A stretch of DNA of 64,000 bases from Rubripirellula sp. (GTDB lineage: Bacteria; Planctomycetota; Planctomycetia; Pirellulales; Pirellulaceae). Shown piece by piece: positions 42,296-51,235 of the stretch. Under the pieces are notes generated by a model. It saw only the letters and a program-made list of their open reading frames with translations. It searched no databases and was not told the origin of the DNA. Each line of letters opens with the position of its first letter. Within the stretch, counting starts at the first letter, position 1. The translations under genes were made by a program, and so were the position numbers. The stretch covers positions 2,464,001 through 2,528,000 of the forward strand of contig OZ244207.1 in NCBI GenBank assembly GCA_965216875.1. The letters are read 5' to 3'.

Positions 42296-42360
42296 CGCGA
42301 TTGGAAAGGAAAGTCAGATGTCTTTTCCTTAGCCTTTTCAGCGATGGGGTGTCCACGCCG

Positions 42361-42726
42361 CTACTGCTCGAAATCGATTCGCGTCGGAATGATTGCCCGC
42401 GGCTCGGGCAATTGATGAACGACGCTTTCCGCAGCCACAAGTCCAGCCGCAGTGCTGTTGTCGCCCGCGGCGAAGCCGGTCGCGCCAATGCGGTGAACGC
42501 TGTTGTTCGGCCCCGTTGAATCGGGCAAGCGTGGCGGATTTGCAGAGGTGACGTATTGGTCTCCGATCGGCAAAAACCGCAGAAAACGGCGGTGTCCCGT
42601 TTGGTTTTCCTTTGCCGCCACTGCCTCCGATTCGTTCGGATCCGAGGTCAGCGCGGTGGGCGTGATGCAGCCACCACTGAGAACGAGCGTCAGAGCAACA
42701 AGCGTTAAAAGGTGTGCCTTATTCAT
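42361..42726 (-). CDS. Putative lipoprotein
   Basis: MNK, hydrophobic core and SGGC lipobox. Confidence 0.55.
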   Translation of the reverse strand: MNKAHLLTLVALTLVLSGGCITPTALTSDPNESEAVAAKENQTGHRRFLRFLPIGDQYVTSANPPRLPDSTGPNNSVHRIGATGFAAGDNSTAAGLVAAESVVHQLPEPRAIIPTRIDFEQ

Positions 42727-42945
42727 ATCTCAATTATCGGTTTGTCACCGCACACGAATTTGTCAAAAGAGTGTGATCCGTCGACATCCGTGTGATGATC
42801 TCGCAATTGCGCTCGACCACCGTCAAGACCATCACGACGCTAGCAACTGATCGAAGTGGTCTCATAGCAGCCGTGACCGGGTGAGCGGCCGGGCTCTGCT
42901 CGGCAAGTCAGTCATGGCAGCGAGGTACCCAACGACTCGCCGGAT

Positions 42946-44454
42946 CTACGTCGCTGTCGCACCTTGATCGGGCCTCGAAGAGGTACGCACGGAGATGACA
43001 AGAATGACGCCCGCGATCGACATCAGGATCAAGGGGATCGGTTGAGTGAACAACGGCGCCCAGCTTCCGGCGCTTTGCATCAGGCCGGCCGACAAATGCT
43101 CTTCCGCAATGGGTGCGAGTACAAACCCGATGACCAAGGGAGCGAGCGGAATCCTCATCCGTTCGAGCAAGTAGCCGAACACGCCAAAGCCTAGCATGAC
43201 CCAAACATCAAACATGCGATTGGCCAAGGCATACGCCCCGATTACGCAGAAGGTTACGACACAGGGAATCAAGATTTCGCGGGGCGTCTTCACAAGCAGC
43301 GCGATCCAACGGGCGGAGATGACCATCAACGCAAACACGAACAGATTTGCGAGAAGCAACGTGGCCATGATTGTGTGTACAGCAAGCGGGTTCTGCTCCA
43401 TGAGAAGCGGGCCCGGCTGCAAACCATGAATCACCAACGCACCCAACAAGACGGCATCAATCACGCTGCCGGGGATTCCCATCGAGACCAATGGAATGAG
43501 CGCCCCACCGACAGTTGCATTGTTCGCAGATTCGGAGGCGACCACCGCTTCTTCACTTCCCTGACCGAACCGTTCCGGCTCGTCCGAAGCACGCTTTGCA
43601 GCCGAATAGGCAACCGCCGATCCAATGTTTGCGCCAATGCCTGGCAAGATGCCGATCGCTGTGCCAATGAAAGAAGATCGAATCAGATTGGTGGTGTGTT
43701 GCAACCATTGTCCAATCGGTATCAACGCCAAACGTTTCGTAGGTGCTTGATTCTGTGTCGGCGCGTCCTCATCATCGCCACGGCTACCACTGGCGCACTG
43801 ACGAATCACTTGGTTGATCGCAAACAGACCGATCAGCACCGGCAGTAGCTTGAATCCATCATCGAGCTCATTCACGCCGAACGTCCAACGCGGCACGCCC
43901 GTCGCCGGTGAGGTCCCCGGAACGGCAAGCAACATTCCGAGGAAACCTGAAAAGAGTCCAGCAATCGGCGTCGAGTTGCCGACCGAGGCGATCAAGACCA
44001 ACGCAACCATCACCAGCGCAAAGAAATCAAAAGGTCCGAACAGCAACGACATCTCCGCCATCGGGCCTGCGAGCGTGACGAGAAACACCCATGCGATCAT
44101 GCCGCCGACCAACGAAGCACCAATTCCGAGTGCCAATGCGCGATCCGCCTTGCCTTGCTGAGCCATTGGGTACCCGTCAAGTGTGGTCATCATCGATGCG
44201 GGCGTTCCCGGAATGCGAAGCAGCGTTGCCGTGATCAGTCCGCCCGTCACGCTGCCAACGTACATCGACACCAACAGCACCATCGCGTGTTCGCCCGACA
44301 TCGAAAACGTGAGCGGCAAAGAAAGTGCGATCAGCATCGCACCGGTCAAACCAGGAATGGCCCCCACGGCAACACCAAGCGTCGAACCAATCGCAACCAG
44401 AACCAAGGCGGTTGGCGAAAACATGAGAGAGGTAACTGCGCCAAGATCAGGCAT
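42946..44454 (-). CDS. tctA: Tripartite tricarboxylate transporter large permease
   Basis: GAIPGL, IPGTPAS..TTLDGYPMA and ESANNA..GIPG motifs. Confidence 0.92.
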   Translation of the reverse strand: MPDLGAVTSLMFSPTALVLVAIGSTLGVAVGAIPGLTGAMLIALSLPLTFSMSGEHAMVLLVSMYVGSVTGGLITATLLRIPGTPASMMTTLDGYPMAQQGKADRALALGIGASLVGGMIAWVFLVTLAGPMAEMSLLFGPFDFFALVMVALVLIASVGNSTPIAGLFSGFLGMLLAVPGTSPATGVPRWTFGVNELDDGFKLLPVLIGLFAINQVIRQCASGSRGDDEDAPTQNQAPTKRLALIPIGQWLQHTTNLIRSSFIGTAIGILPGIGANIGSAVAYSAAKRASDEPERFGQGSEEAVVASESANNATVGGALIPLVSMGIPGSVIDAVLLGALVIHGLQPGPLLMEQNPLAVHTIMATLLLANLFVFALMVISARWIALLVKTPREILIPCVVTFCVIGAYALANRMFDVWVMLGFGVFGYLLERMRIPLAPLVIGFVLAPIAEEHLSAGLMQSAGSWAPLFTQPIPLILMSIAGVILVISVRTSSRPDQGATAT

Positions 44455-44628
44455 CGAAGGTCAGCGGTGGGGCAGGCGGGCGGAGCAGGGTGGTGGTCGA
44501 CTGAGGCCGGCGATGGCTTAGAACGTAACAAAGTCGCCGCTGCTTCACAAAAACCACACGCTGTTTTTCAAAGCTGCTATGCTTGAACGCAACTACAGAC
44601 AGTTTGCCTGATTCATACGAGTTGTTGG

Positions 44629-45474
44629 ATGCATCGAATCAATTACGCCGCCATCTTCTTCCTAGCAACGGTGCTCTTGCCCAACCTGTCGATCGCGCAG
44701 GAGATGCCCGACGCAAAGCAGCTGCAGAAGAGCTTTGTTCGAACGGCCAAACTCTACGCGATCACAAAGAACTCAAAGCCCTTGAGACTCGAGCCGACGC
44801 CGATCCTGAACTGGACGAACCCTGAACGCTTTTCAGAACAAGGCGCTGTCTTCGTTTGGTACGAAGGCAAGCAGCCGGCGGCGGTGGGGACGTTCTTTAC
44901 GTATGTGTATGACGGGCAACTCCGCGCCAAGCACGAATTGCAATCGGTCGCTTCGGGACCACTGCGAGCGACCTTCAACGGCAAACTGGCTTGGACACCC
45001 GCCCAAGCCGGCGTCCAATGGACAAAAATCGACGTGGGACGTCCGCCGGGTGCATCCAGACCTGCAAACCTCGCTCAAATGCGTTCGATTGCGCGTCAGT
45101 TCATGGCCAAGATGACCGATCCCGAGGGAGAAATCACCGACTTGCGGCTTCTGCCTCGACCTCTGATTCGATACGCCAGTGAAGAGGAGGGCATCCCCGA
45201 TGGCAGCGTTTTTTCGTTCGCCGTTGCGACAGATCCCGAGGCTTTGTTGTTAATTCGTGCTGTCGATGACGGCACGGGCCCTGTTTGGCAATACGCCTTT
45301 GCTCGATTCAACAACTTTCGCCTCGAAGCCTTTCTGGGGCAAAAACGTGTTTGGTCGGTTGCTTATGACCAAGGAATGATGATGAATCGGTTAGGCGACC
45401 AAGAGCATTTCAAAAAGACGTACAACTCGTTTCATCCCGAAACCGATCTGCGTTACCAACCGTACGAAAAATGA
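44629..45474 (+). CDS. Secreted hypothetical protein
   Basis: 281 aa with signal peptide; WTNPER..GAVFVW and LRLLPRPLIRY..TDPE motifs. Confidence 0.7.
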   Translation: MHRINYAAIFFLATVLLPNLSIAQEMPDAKQLQKSFVRTAKLYAITKNSKPLRLEPTPILNWTNPERFSEQGAVFVWYEGKQPAAVGTFFTYVYDGQLRAKHELQSVASGPLRATFNGKLAWTPAQAGVQWTKIDVGRPPGASRPANLAQMRSIARQFMAKMTDPEGEITDLRLLPRPLIRYASEEEGIPDGSVFSFAVATDPEALLLIRAVDDGTGPVWQYAFARFNNFRLEAFLGQKRVWSVAYDQGMMMNRLGDQEHFKKTYNSFHPETDLRYQPYEK

Positions 45475-45577
45475 GGTTGTTTTGCGTCGTCTTGACCGAC
45501 ATTCGGCGACGACCTGGGTGGAAGATGACTACGGAATCTGAAACAATCGTCTTTCCGCAACTTGCCCCAAGAGACGA

Positions 45578-46714
45578 TTGATGAACGCAACGATATTGGC
45601 TGGGATCGCCGACAAGAACGCTTCTCTTTATCGCCGACTACAAGTTCCCTTGGGTGACCCCGCAGCATGGATCGAAATCGGATCGATGCGAATCGCCCTG
45701 GTTCGCGATTTGGAAATGGATCGTGTGCGTCAGCGGAGTCATGCTGACGACGTCACCTGCCCAGCCGAACACGCACCACCAACCGGGCTGAGCGCCGACC
45801 GCGAAACCGCAACCGCCGAAGCCGCCGTCCAGCTGCTTCGTTCACAACACGTCGAACGAGTCGTCGCCGACCGGTCGTTGCCCTACATCTTCGCTTGGCA
45901 CCTCCAGCAAGCCGAAATCGTTGTCGAATATGACGAAGACCTTGGTGTCCTCGATCGGCGTGTCAAGACACACCAAGAAATCGATGCCCTTGCCAAAGCG
46001 CAAGCCATCACCGAAGAGGTGATGCGGCTGATTTGCGAAACGATCGCCGGCGCAACCGCTGCTGCTGATGGGTCGTTGCAAGTGGACGGCGACGACCTGA
46101 CCAGCGAGCGCGTTCGATCGATCGCCGCAATCGAATTCATGAAACGTGACTGCACGATGTCACATGGAGCGATTGTCGCCACCGCTCCACAGGTCGCCGA
46201 CTGTCATCACAGCGGCGAGGGCAAACTGTTTACCGAAAAAACGATCATCGTCGATCTCTTTCCACGCCACGAAGCATCACGCTATTGGGGCGACTGCACT
46301 CGAACGGTTGTGCATGGCCAGCCGAGCGACGACGTCAAGAAAATGCATGCTGCCGTCGTCGAAGCCAAAGCGGCCGCGACCGAAAAACTGATTGCCGACA
46401 ACACCGCCGACGCTGTCCACAAGGCCGCTGACGCCGTGCTATTGAAACATGGTTATCCCGAATCGCGTGGCGAATTGACCGACGAAGCGAGCATTCAACA
46501 TGGGACGGGCCACGGCATTGGTCTCGATCTACACGAGCCCATCCTGCTTGACCACGAGGGTGGACAACTCCTTGCTGGCGAAGTCTTCACCGTTGAACCC
46601 GGACTCTACGGCCGCAATGTCGGCGGCGTCCGGATCGAAGACATGCTTGTCGTTGGCGAAGACAAAGCCAAGAACCTCAACCAACTCCAAGACGGCCTCG
46701 ACTGGCGAAGCTAG
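45578..46714 (+). CDS. M24 family Xaa-Pro peptidase
   Basis: D..GDCTRT, HGTGHGIGLDLHE, TVEPGLY and GVRIED. Confidence 0.93.
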   Translation: MMNATILAGIADKNASLYRRLQVPLGDPAAWIEIGSMRIALVRDLEMDRVRQRSHADDVTCPAEHAPPTGLSADRETATAEAAVQLLRSQHVERVVADRSLPYIFAWHLQQAEIVVEYDEDLGVLDRRVKTHQEIDALAKAQAITEEVMRLICETIAGATAAADGSLQVDGDDLTSERVRSIAAIEFMKRDCTMSHGAIVATAPQVADCHHSGEGKLFTEKTIIVDLFPRHEASRYWGDCTRTVVHGQPSDDVKKMHAAVVEAKAAATEKLIADNTADAVHKAADAVLLKHGYPESRGELTDEASIQHGTGHGIGLDLHEPILLDHEGGQLLAGEVFTVEPGLYGRNVGGVRIEDMLVVGEDKAKNLNQLQDGLDWRS

Positions 46715-46809
46715 TGTTGCTGGGCCCGGCCGCTTACGCGATCGCGGCTCAATGGTGTGGACTTGGGGAAGGATTTCTGCTGGTGGAAGCGCTATTGCAA
46801 CCTGCAACA

Positions 46810-47577
46810 CTAGCGAACATCGTGAATGATGTCCGATAGGGCATCGACGAGGGGGTCATCGTCGGGACCGCAGAAGCCCCAGTGTGAACGTCTGCGCCAT
46901 CCTTCGGCATATTCGAACCGGCCGCTCATCGCTCCAACATCACGACTCAGTTGACGCGCCGTTTCCAGGTAGCTGTCTTGCCCCTGGCTCTCATCGAGCC
47001 ATCGCTTCTGACTCGCATGACAAGCCAGTGCCTCGATCTTTTGATCAACCACATCGGTGTCATCGACGAAGATGTGGGGATGAACCGGCTCGCCGACCGG
47101 CGTGGTGTTGCCAATGGGTTGGGCATGGTAGATCGTCACCGGTTCCATGTAGACATCAACCGCCGGGTCGCTGACCAAGTTAGGCATCCCATGAGCAAAC
47201 GCGGCGCTAACCGCGAGCCGCGCACTGATCTCGTGGTCTTCCATGTAGTCGATCGGCGAATGAGTCAACAGGATCGTTGGTTTGGCCATTCGAACAATCG
47301 CCGAGACCTTCTTTAAGTTCGCAGTGTTGTAGGTCGCTTCCATATCCGCATAGATCGGCGGATACCAAGTCGCGTCGAGAACCTTGCACGCCTGCTTGGA
47401 CTCTTCCATTCGTGTCGCAGCACACTCGGCCTGGTCCATGGTCGTCGAACCGCGTGAACCATCGCACAAATTCACGTAGTGTAGATCCCAGCCGCGTTTG
47501 CCAAGTTGCAGCATCGTGCCGGCCATCAGGAATTCGATATCGTCGGGGTGCGCGCAAATCGCAAGAACGGAAGGCAT
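46810..47577 (-). CDS. PIG-L/LmbE family deacetylase
   Basis: AHPDDIE, R..E and DYMEDH. Confidence 0.92.
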   Translation of the reverse strand: MPSVLAICAHPDDIEFLMAGTMLQLGKRGWDLHYVNLCDGSRGSTTMDQAECAATRMEESKQACKVLDATWYPPIYADMEATYNTANLKKVSAIVRMAKPTILLTHSPIDYMEDHEISARLAVSAAFAHGMPNLVSDPAVDVYMEPVTIYHAQPIGNTTPVGEPVHPHIFVDDTDVVDQKIEALACHASQKRWLDESQGQDSYLETARQLSRDVGAMSGRFEYAEGWRRRSHWGFCGPDDDPLVDALSDIIHDVR

Positions 47578-47693
47578 GATTGATTCGTTTCAAAGGTGTG
47601 AACTTGAGCGGTTGAATCGAGATTCTAGCGAGGCAGTTGCCTCTCATGGAAGACGGCGGGAAGCGACCTGCAAACCAATCGCCGTCGGTCCAA

Positions 47694-48146
47694 TTACCGT
47701 GAATCGGCAACGTGAAAATCGAGGCCATGCTCCCGTCGCAATCGATTCGCGGTGTAGCGAGTGAAGTAGCGTTTGTTGAGGTCGATGCGGGGCGAGCCAG
47801 AAAGTGACTTCAAGATCTCGATCTGTGCCGGAGTCAAAACCGGCTCCGTCCAGCGAACCGACCGGACACGCTTGAACCACTCGAGTTTACGAAGTCTCGA
47901 ACGCAGCGGCAGAATACCGGGAGGCTCGACAGTCGTCGTCACAATCAGGCTGTCTGAGAGCATCGAAATCCCCTCGTTGCTCTCGACCCAAACGGCCCCA
48001 GTGTCGACCGTCTCGGCCATGTCGTTGAGCAGTTTCAAGTCGCGACGAAACTGGTTGTCGTAACTCTGCACGAAGCCAAAGGCGCAGCCGGCGACCAATG
48101 TCAGAACGAGCAGAGTGCGAATCGTGAACTTCCGCTTTCTCATCAA
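47694..48146 (-). CDS. Hypothetical protein with KFTIRxLL leader
   Basis: MMRKRKFTIRTLLVLTLVAG leader. Confidence 0.6.
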   Translation of the reverse strand: MMRKRKFTIRTLLVLTLVAGCAFGFVQSYDNQFRRDLKLLNDMAETVDTGAVWVESNEGISMLSDSLIVTTTVEPPGILPLRSRLRKLEWFKRVRSVRWTEPVLTPAQIEILKSLSGSPRIDLNKRYFTRYTANRLRREHGLDFHVADSR

Positions 48147-48249
48147 GTTCGACCAACGGCGAGTGACGAAACAGAACCTGGATTATTGCAGATCTGAGAG
48201 CATCGCAGTTCGGAACGAGGGATGATTAGAAAGCGGGATGAAGTGGGTG

Positions 48250-48321
48250 GCCACGAAAAGCACGAAAAGGCACAAAAGAACAGCCAACGACCTTCTCGTG
48301 GGTTCTTGTGTTTTTTGTGGC
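48250..48321. repeat. Imperfect inverted repeat built from ~10-nt CACGAAAAG units
   Basis: GCCACGAAAAGCACGAAAAGGCACAAAAG...CTTCTCGTGGGTTCTTGTGTTTTTTGTGGC, 50 bp past the FHA-EAL stop codon. Confidence 0.75.
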
Positions 48322-48370
48322 TCCATCGCCGTCAGTCTTGCCAGCGCAGGCAAGAGACTGTGAACGGGAG

Positions 48371-49492
48371 CTAGGCCGGGGAGGGACGGCCAAAGAAAAA
48401 GCCTTGGGCGAGATCGAAGCCGAGTTCTTTACAAACCTCGGCTTCCTCTTTGGTCTCGATCCCTTCGGCGAGTGATTTGATGTCGAGGTCGCGTACCATC
48501 TGGACAAGCGACGAAAGCATCCGGCGACGATTGTCATCGGCGCGATCGATTTCGCGAATCAACGAGATATCAAATTTGACGAAATCAGGCCGAGCTTCGA
48601 TCAACTCGGCGAGTCTTGCTTGCCCCGAACCAAAGTCGTCGTAGGCGAGCTGAATATCAAGGTCCTTCAGTGCGCTGTGCAGTGACTGCATCAGCGCCGG
48701 GTTGGTCACTGCCGACTCATGGATTTCCAAGACCAGATCGGTATTGCCGGTCATCTCGCGGACGTTTCGAAGAGATTCGATCAGTCCTTGACCGTCTTCC
48801 ATTTCGCGTGGGTGAGTGTTGACGAAGAGCGTCGGCCGCTCGGGCAGATCGCGCCCAACGCGAATCCCTTCCCAACGCAGCAGTCGACTCAACTCGACTT
48901 CCAAGTTCAATTGCTCGGCAGCTTGGAACATTGCCGCTACCGATTCGAGACCGAAGACGCTACCGCGACCGAGGATCTCAAATCCGATCAACTTGCCGTC
49001 ATCGATCAACACGATCGGTTGGAAGTGTGGTTTGACCAACCGTTCGCTCATCAGGCGGTCAAACTGAACCAACGCAAGCGCTTGGTCACAGACATTCTCG
49101 GCGATCGTTCCTGCCGTCATGCCGGTAGGCGATTGACGTCGAACGCGGAACGGTGCTTCGGCGAAATGGATCAAGTCCTCTTCGCTGACACGGACGGTCG
49201 TCTCTCGATCGACACGCGTGCCGTTGATGTAGGTTCCGTTCGTGCTTCCAAGGTCTTTCAGAAACAGCGTGCCATCTTCGACCCAAAGCGATGCGTGGTT
49301 GCCGCTAACGGTGCGGAACTGAAGCTTCAGAGAGACGCCTGTCTTGCGGCCAACGATATAGGGGTTGCCATCAATCGGTGAATGAAGAACGGCCTCGCCC
49401 GGCTGGGTTGGTCCCGACAGAAACCAAACATCTTCGGTCACCACAGTGCTGCGGCGCAGACGTTCGATCGTAGCGTTGTCGACAGATGCCAT
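48371..49492 (-). CDS. FHA-EAL domain protein (putative c-di-GMP phosphodiesterase)
   Basis: FHA: VGR, VSGNHA, DLGSTNGTYING. EAL: FQPIV, FEILGR, FVN, LEIHE, DDFGSG, KFD, EGIE, QGF. Confidence 0.93.
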   Translation of the reverse strand: MASVDNATIERLRRSTVVTEDVWFLSGPTQPGEAVLHSPIDGNPYIVGRKTGVSLKLQFRTVSGNHASLWVEDGTLFLKDLGSTNGTYINGTRVDRETTVRVSEEDLIHFAEAPFRVRRQSPTGMTAGTIAENVCDQALALVQFDRLMSERLVKPHFQPIVLIDDGKLIGFEILGRGSVFGLESVAAMFQAAEQLNLEVELSRLLRWEGIRVGRDLPERPTLFVNTHPREMEDGQGLIESLRNVREMTGNTDLVLEIHESAVTNPALMQSLHSALKDLDIQLAYDDFGSGQARLAELIEARPDFVKFDISLIREIDRADDNRRRMLSSLVQMVRDLDIKSLAEGIETKEEAEVCKELGFDLAQGFFFGRPSPA

Positions 49493-49872
49493 TGGTCGGA
49501 GGCTGAGCTTGGGGTCTTTGTTTGGTTTTTCCTATCGCCACGTTGGAGACGCTCCAGTCACGAGCTTTTTGACGTCTTCAATTGGGCATTTCGGAATGGA
49601 CGGGAAACTGGAGTTCGATCCCCGCCCGACAAATCTAGGTCAGGTTTCCCCCCAAGCTAGTGAGAAGGCGAAATTTCTTCGAAGACGCTTGATTGCCGCT
49701 GTCGCTCAGGCGGCGCCGGCAAAAGTCCGCTCAACAATCCATTGCTGCACCATTCCTGAATCCCCCGCCGGGATTCCCCACCAGACTGGGAAATACGAGC
49801 TAGGTTTCAGAGATTCGTCGTGCGCGTGCGCGCACCACGGGTCTCCCAAACCCTACAGCACGCAAAACCATT

Positions 49873-51198
49873 ATGACGGCCTTAACCAACGAGACACACA
49901 CGTTTGAACCAAGCCTGCTTGGTGGGCTACTTTCAGACGACACCTTCTGGCCAACGCCACCACAAGACCTTGGTGAGACCGGTCTGAGTGAGTCCTATAT
50001 TGAAGGACTCGTGATCAAGACCATCTTGGTCGGGGGAACAGTCAGTGGACGCGATGTCGCTGAACGCATCGGGATGCCCTTTCGCGTCATCGAGCCAATG
50101 CTGGATGTGTTGCGAACACGCAAGATCGTCTCTCACGTTCGACCCGCAGCGTTCAACGACTATTACTTCTCGCTCACCGAAGCGGGTCAAAAGCGTGCTC
50201 GATCCGAGATGCAGCAATGCAGTTATGTCGGGCCCGCCCCCGTACCGCTAAACGACTATGTCCTTAGTGTTGAAGCACAAGCAGCTGGCCTGGAACCGAT
50301 CGATCGCGACCAACTGCGGGTCGCGCTTTCATCGATCTCCTACCAAGACGAACTGCTCGACCAACTTGGGCCGGCAATCAACAGCAACACTGGTCTGTTT
50401 CTGTTCGGCCCTCCGGGTAACGGAAAAACGACAATCGCACGTTGCTTGACCCAATGTTTGGGCCAGGAAGTTTGGATTCCTCACGCGGTGATCGATGACG
50501 GCAACCTCATCAAAGTGCAGGACGATGCGTTTCATCGCTTAGCACCGATTCCCGAAGCGGACGGCCAGATCCTTAAGGCGCAAGAGTGGGATCGTCGTTG
50601 GTTGCGCATCCAACGTCCGACCGTCATCGTCGGTGGTGAATTGGTGATGGATAACCTGGAAGTGCGGCATGACGAACGTTCCAACGTTTGCGAAGCCCCG
50701 TTGCAAATGAAGAGCAATTGCGGCTGCCTGCTCATCGACGACTTTGGACGGCAACGTGTTGCGCCCGAAGAGCTTCTGAATCGCTGGATCGTTCCGCTGG
50801 AGAACAACCAGGACTTCTTGACGCTTCCGACCGGCAAGAAGATTCAAATTCCCTTTGAACAGCTGATCGTTTTTTCGACCAATCTCGACCCTGGCGAACT
50901 CGTTGACGAGGCGTTCCTTAGACGCGTTCCTTACAAGGTGTTTGTGGGCGATCCGTCGGCCGATGAATTCAAGCAGCTGATGCAGGGCGTGTTGCAATCC
51001 ATGGGTTTCCCCGACACCCCCGAGGCCTCGGAGCACTTGCTGAAGTTCTACGCAACAACAGGAAAGAGCCCGCGCCGCTGCCACCCCCGCGACTTGCTGA
51101 CGCAAGTTGCCAACTTCTGCAAGTACCGAAAAATGCCGATGACCCTGCGACCGGAATACCTCGACCAAGCCTGCCGCAGCTATTTCAGCCAACTGTAA
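49873..51198 (+). CDS. AAA+ ATPase with N-terminal winged-helix-like region
   Basis: Walker A GPPGNGKT, Walker B LLIDD, sensor 1 STN, Arg finger AFLRR. Confidence 0.88.
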   Translation: MTALTNETHTFEPSLLGGLLSDDTFWPTPPQDLGETGLSESYIEGLVIKTILVGGTVSGRDVAERIGMPFRVIEPMLDVLRTRKIVSHVRPAAFNDYYFSLTEAGQKRARSEMQQCSYVGPAPVPLNDYVLSVEAQAAGLEPIDRDQLRVALSSISYQDELLDQLGPAINSNTGLFLFGPPGNGKTTIARCLTQCLGQEVWIPHAVIDDGNLIKVQDDAFHRLAPIPEADGQILKAQEWDRRWLRIQRPTVIVGGELVMDNLEVRHDERSNVCEAPLQMKSNCGCLLIDDFGRQRVAPEELLNRWIVPLENNQDFLTLPTGKKIQIPFEQLIVFSTNLDPGELVDEAFLRRVPYKVFVGDPSADEFKQLMQGVLQSMGFPDTPEASEHLLKFYATTGKSPRRCHPRDLLTQVANFCKYRKMPMTLRPEYLDQACRSYFSQL

Positions 51199-51235
51199 TG
51201 ACGCCCGAACAAGCCCCGCTTCCAAGCAATTTGCG

